A DNA stretch of 64,000 bases from Gammaproteobacteria bacterium (GTDB taxonomy: Bacteria > Pseudomonadota > Gammaproteobacteria > UBA4575): NCBI GenBank assembly GCA_965215055.1, contig OZ244046.1, positions 169,138 through 233,137 on the forward strand, written 5' to 3'. The translations under genes and the position numbers were made by a program. This document shows, one piece after another, positions 60,786-64,000 of this stretch. The notes below the pieces were generated by a model that was not told where the DNA came from, searched no databases, and was given only the letters and a program-made list of their open reading frames with translations. Within the stretch, counting starts at the first letter, position 1. Every line of letters starts with the position of its first letter.

Positions 60786-61730
60786 ATGATCAGTGTTAAT
60801 GAACTGGCAAAGCCGCTGGTACAAGAGCTTAAGGACAAGCGTCATGCCTTGAGGATCAAGGTGGAGCAATTTCCCAACGGGGCCACGTGCATAGACGCCG
60901 GAATAGATTGTGCCGGCGGGCTTGAAGCCGGCAGGATTATCAGTGAAATTTGCATGGGAGGATTGGGCAAGGTAACGTTTTATCACTCAACAGCAGTTGG
61001 CGATTGGCCACTTTCACTGCACGTGCATACCTCTCATCCCGTGTTGGCGTGCCTGGCAAGCCAGTGTGCCGGCTGGAGCTTGTCGCATAAGAAATTTCGC
61101 GCACTGGGTTCAGGACCGGGGCGTGCCATTGCGGTAAAGGAGTCGCTGTTTGAAAAGCTGGACTATAAAGATGAGTGCGATACCGCCATCTTTGTACTTG
61201 AAGTAGACGAACTGCCGCCAGTTGAACTGATCGATGAAGTTGCCGAAGTTTGCAATTTATCTCCCGCCGCGTTGACCTTTATCTTCACACCTGCCAGCTC
61301 CATTGCCGGCTGTGTGCAAGTGGCAGCCCGGTCATTGGAAGTAGCCCTGCACAAAACCAGTGAACTGGGCTTTCCCTTGGATAACGTCCTGGACGGCTCG
61401 GGCAGTGCACCTTTATCTCCGCCTATACCCGGTACCGTCAAGGCTATGGGTCGTACCAATGATGCCATTTTGTTCGCGAGCAGGGTTCAGCTGTTTGTAC
61501 ACGGTGACGATGCAGCAGCGGAAAAACTTGCACTGGAACTTCCATCCAGCACCTCGCGCGACTACGGAAAACCGTTCGCGCAAATCTTCAAGGACTATAA
61601 ATATAATTTCTTCGAAATAGATCCCATGCTTTTCAGCCCTGCCTTCGTAATGGTTACTGCCGTGGAAAGTGGTAACACGTTTCGGGCTGGCAAAATGGAC
61701 CTCGATATACTGAATAAATCTTTTTCCTAG
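60786..61730 (+). CDS. mch: methenyltetrahydromethanopterin cyclohydrolase
   Basis: Collinear with Mch (SVNELAKPLV, NGATCIDAGIDCAGGLEAGRIISEICMGGLGKV). Confidence 0.85.
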   Translation: MISVNELAKPLVQELKDKRHALRIKVEQFPNGATCIDAGIDCAGGLEAGRIISEICMGGLGKVTFYHSTAVGDWPLSLHVHTSHPVLACLASQCAGWSLSHKKFRALGSGPGRAIAVKESLFEKLDYKDECDTAIFVLEVDELPPVELIDEVAEVCNLSPAALTFIFTPASSIAGCVQVAARSLEVALHKTSELGFPLDNVLDGSGSAPLSPPIPGTVKAMGRTNDAILFASRVQLFVHGDDAAAEKLALELPSSTSRDYGKPFAQIFKDYKYNFFEIDPMLFSPAFVMVTAVESGNTFRAGKMDLDILNKSFS

Positions 61731-61732
61731 CA

Positions 61733-62647
61733 GTGTTACGACACATTGCGATATTTACCGATGATCCTGGTTGGCATGGCGCGGAATTGCACAAAGCCTT
61801 CAGGAAGAGGGGTTTCGGCTGTACGAACGTCTCGTTGACGGATTGTCACTTTGAGATAGACGCGGGCAGGAAAAGCCTGTTCATACCCGGTTTCGAGCAA
61901 CGTCTTCCCGACGGCGTATTTGTACGCGGTGTACCGGGCGGCTCGCTGGAAGAAGTCACGTTTTACCTGGACGTTCTTCATGCACTGCGCGAAATGGACG
62001 TTATTGTCTACAACGACGCTCGCGCTATTGAGCGCAGTGTAGACAAGGCCATGACCAGTTTCCTGCTGCATCAAGCGGGAATTTCGACGCCACTTTCCTG
62101 GGTTGGAAACGATATCCACCAAGCCTATTCATTTATACGCAAACAATTAAAACTTGGTTACAAGGTCGTGGCAAAGCCGCTGTTTGGTTCGCAGGGGAAA
62201 AATTTACAGTTGATTGCCGAACCGAGCGATATTGTCAACCTGTCGGTGTACAACAAAATCTACTACTTGCAGCGTTTCATCGAAACGGGATCAAGGCGCG
62301 CCTGTGATTGGCGGTTATTTGTTGTTGGAGATCACGTTATTGCCAGTATGAGAAGAGAAAGCAACGACTGGATCAGTAACGTGGCAAACGGTGGAAAATG
62401 TTATCCGGCACTACTGGACAGGCAGTTTATCAAGATTGCCGAAGCCGCCGTAGAGGCAGTTGGTATGCACTATGGCGGGGTAGACGTCATGCGCGACCAG
62501 GGCGGCAAACTGTGGGTAACGGAAGTAAACAGCATTCCCGCGTGGAAAGGGCTGCAAAGCACCGGCAAGATTATCATTGCAGACCGCATCGTCGAACATT
62601 TTATAAGCTGCTTGCAGGGGCAATCCAGTGTTGACGTGGCAAACTAG
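61733..62647 (+). CDS. mptN: RimK-like ATP-grasp ligase, probable tetrahydromethanopterin:alpha-L-glutamate ligase (orf5/MptN-like)
   Basis: RimK-type ATP-grasp architecture (VVAKPLFGSQGKNLQLI ... GGVDVMRD ... WVTEVNSIPAWKG); position mch-orf5-orf7-fae as in methylotroph H4MPT clusters. Confidence 0.65.
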   Translation: MLRHIAIFTDDPGWHGAELHKAFRKRGFGCTNVSLTDCHFEIDAGRKSLFIPGFEQRLPDGVFVRGVPGGSLEEVTFYLDVLHALREMDVIVYNDARAIERSVDKAMTSFLLHQAGISTPLSWVGNDIHQAYSFIRKQLKLGYKVVAKPLFGSQGKNLQLIAEPSDIVNLSVYNKIYYLQRFIETGSRRACDWRLFVVGDHVIASMRRESNDWISNVANGGKCYPALLDRQFIKIAEAAVEAVGMHYGGVDVMRDQGGKLWVTEVNSIPAWKGLQSTGKIIIADRIVEHFISCLQGQSSVDVAN

Positions 62648-62691
62648 CCGGCTGCTGAAGCAAAACCGTCATTCAAGATACATCCGCTTTC

Positions 62692-63546
62692 GTGTATGAA
62701 CTGAACTCCTTGTGCCACGGGCTGGCTGACTTGTACAAGCACGTGTGTAAGCTGGACGTGCAGGCTTTGAAGCCTGGAAATACCGGATTTCATTCAGGTA
62801 CCGATAAGCTTAAGGTGGAAGATTTTTTGCGCAGTGCAGAAGTGAGCGCAAGCCCCTTGACGGAGCCTGGTCTCGGACTGGGCGAACGCATCTGGGAGAG
62901 TATCCAGGCGACCCATCAAGCCGTGGGTACGAATACCAACCTCGGTATCATCTTGCTGATTGCGCCGCTGGTACAGGCCGTGATTAAAAAGAGAGGTGAG
63001 CACTCCCTCGAAGATTCGCTGGCTGAAATCCTGCAAAAATCGACAGTTGAAGACGCCAGCAAGGCATACCAGGCAATTCGCCTGGCAAAACCGGGTGGGA
63101 TGGGGAGTAAAAATAACCAGGATTTATCTGAAGAACCGACGGTAAGTCTATTAAAAACAATGGAAATTGCAGCTTCATGGGATCGGATTGCTGATCAGTA
63201 TTCAAATAATTTTCATGATATTTTCTATTTTGGGGCACCGCGATACACCGCCTTGCTAAAGCAATGGCAGGATGAATGCTGGGCGGCGACGGGCCTGTTC
63301 CTGGGTTACCTGGTACGATTTCCCGACAGCCTGGTCGCACGCAAATTTGACGGCTTAAAAGCAAGAGAGATTAGTGATATGATTACTCCGCTTGAGAAGG
63401 AATTTTGCCGTTCAAGCTCACCGGACAGGTACGAGGCGCAACTGATGGAAATAGATAATCATCTCAGGCGCGACCAGACCAACCCGGGGACTACAGCGGA
63501 TCTTACGTTGGCAAGCATTTTTGTGGTTGGCCTGAGACAGTTGTGA
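62692..63546 (+). CDS. triphosphoribosyl-dephospho-CoA synthase (CitG/MdcB)-like protein of the H4MPT cluster (orf7-like)
   Basis: CitG-family N-terminal pattern LNSLCHGLADLYKHVCKLDVQALKPGNTGFHSG...TNTNLGIILL. Confidence 0.6.
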   Translation: MYELNSLCHGLADLYKHVCKLDVQALKPGNTGFHSGTDKLKVEDFLRSAEVSASPLTEPGLGLGERIWESIQATHQAVGTNTNLGIILLIAPLVQAVIKKRGEHSLEDSLAEILQKSTVEDASKAYQAIRLAKPGGMGSKNNQDLSEEPTVSLLKTMEIAASWDRIADQYSNNFHDIFYFGAPRYTALLKQWQDECWAATGLFLGYLVRFPDSLVARKFDGLKAREISDMITPLEKEFCRSSSPDRYEAQLMEIDNHLRRDQTNPGTTADLTLASIFVVGLRQL

Positions 63547-63637
63547 GAGGCGGGGACTTGTTCCCTGTCTGCGGCAATCCAGGGGAGGATGCGGGCAGAT
63601 GACTGCCTACATTTTGTTGGCAAACTAGAATAAAATT

Positions 63638-63868
63638 ATGGCAATATCATTTGATATCTACTGTGATTATAATCAAATGTGCTGCGAAGTCTCTCAGGGC
63701 TTTGGCGACAGCAAGTCTGAAATTGGTTACTTGTACATGGATGAATACGGAAGGTGGCATCCAAACAGGAGTCTGCTAAGGTTTATTGGGGTTGATGGAA
63801 GCTGGAAGCGATTAGCTCAAGCACAAAAAGCTATCAAGAAAAAATTTTATTATCGTCTAAGAAAATAA
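63638..63868 (+). CDS. hypothetical small Cys-rich protein between orf7 and fae
   Basis: 76-aa ORF (contains CDYNQMCCEV). It has an AGGAG-like RBS for the downstream fae immediately 3' of it. No family recognised. Confidence 0.3.
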   Translation: MAISFDIYCDYNQMCCEVSQGFGDSKSEIGYLYMDEYGRWHPNRSLLRFIGVDGSWKRLAQAQKAIKKKFYYRLRK

Positions 63869-63882
63869 CAGGAGACTTAATA

Positions 63883-64000
63883 ATGGCAATAATTAACAAA
63901 GTAATGGTTGGAGAGTCGCTCGTAAATGACAATGACCCTTCTGGCACGATGGCGGAAATTGCGCACATCGACTTGTTAGTCGGACCACGTGGATCTGCCG
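63883..64000 (+). CDS. fae: formaldehyde-activating enzyme, N-terminal fragment (continues beyond the window)
   Basis: MAIINKVMVGESLVNDNDPSGTMAEIAHIDLLVGPRGSA matches the Fae N-terminus ([32 protein letters not shown]). Confidence 0.8.
   Translation, partial: MAIINKVMVGESLVNDNDPSGTMAEIAHIDLLVGPRGSA

Overview
The window looks like chromosomal DNA from a methylotrophic gammaproteobacterium, possibly Methylophaga-like (GC about 45%); that assignment is an inference from gene content only. The conserved backbone includes xseA and a divergent guaB-guaA pair, tadA, an acyl-CoA synthetase with a LivGHMF-type ABC importer, and RraA. It also has an adjacent isocitrate lyase and NADP-isocitrate dehydrogenase, tRNA-Ser(GGA), and a probable SRP RNA (ffs) upstream of dnaX-ybaB-recR. 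Further along are orn, nadB, the rpoE-rseA-rseB-degP(mucD)-lepA envelope-stress locus, folP, cysS and several small genes. Interleaved with this are accessory and C1-metabolism modules. (1) A DksA ortholog carries a roughly 170-aa lysine/alanine/proline-rich histone-H1-like extension encoded by about 26 tandem 18-bp repeats. (2) A McrBC-like type IV restriction pair sits between guaA and tadA; its McrB homolog is long (734 aa), with an uncharacterized N-terminal domain and an insertion in the AAA+ core. (3) A methanethiol-oxidase (SBP56/MtoX) cluster is followed by a SCO1-like protein with a variant metal motif, a di-haem MauG/CCP-like protein and a TlpA thioredoxin. A canonical SCO1 and a pterin-4a-carbinolamine dehydratase-like gene lie just upstream. 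(4) A formyltransferase/hydrolase cluster (fwdD-like, fhcB, fhcA, fhcD, fhcC) is followed by fdxA and an FprA-type reductase. (5) A glucosylglycerate module (GpgS plus GpgP) sits beside a GH13_18 sucrose-phosphorylase-family phosphorylase. (6) A tetrahydromethanopterin (H4MPT) locus contains mptG, mtdB, an ATP-grasp gene, mch, a RimK-like ligase, a CitG-like gene and the start of fae, plus two small unannotated ORFs. No CRISPR array, transposase or integrase was seen. All calls are by eye from the translated ORFs and raw sequence; no database searches were run.
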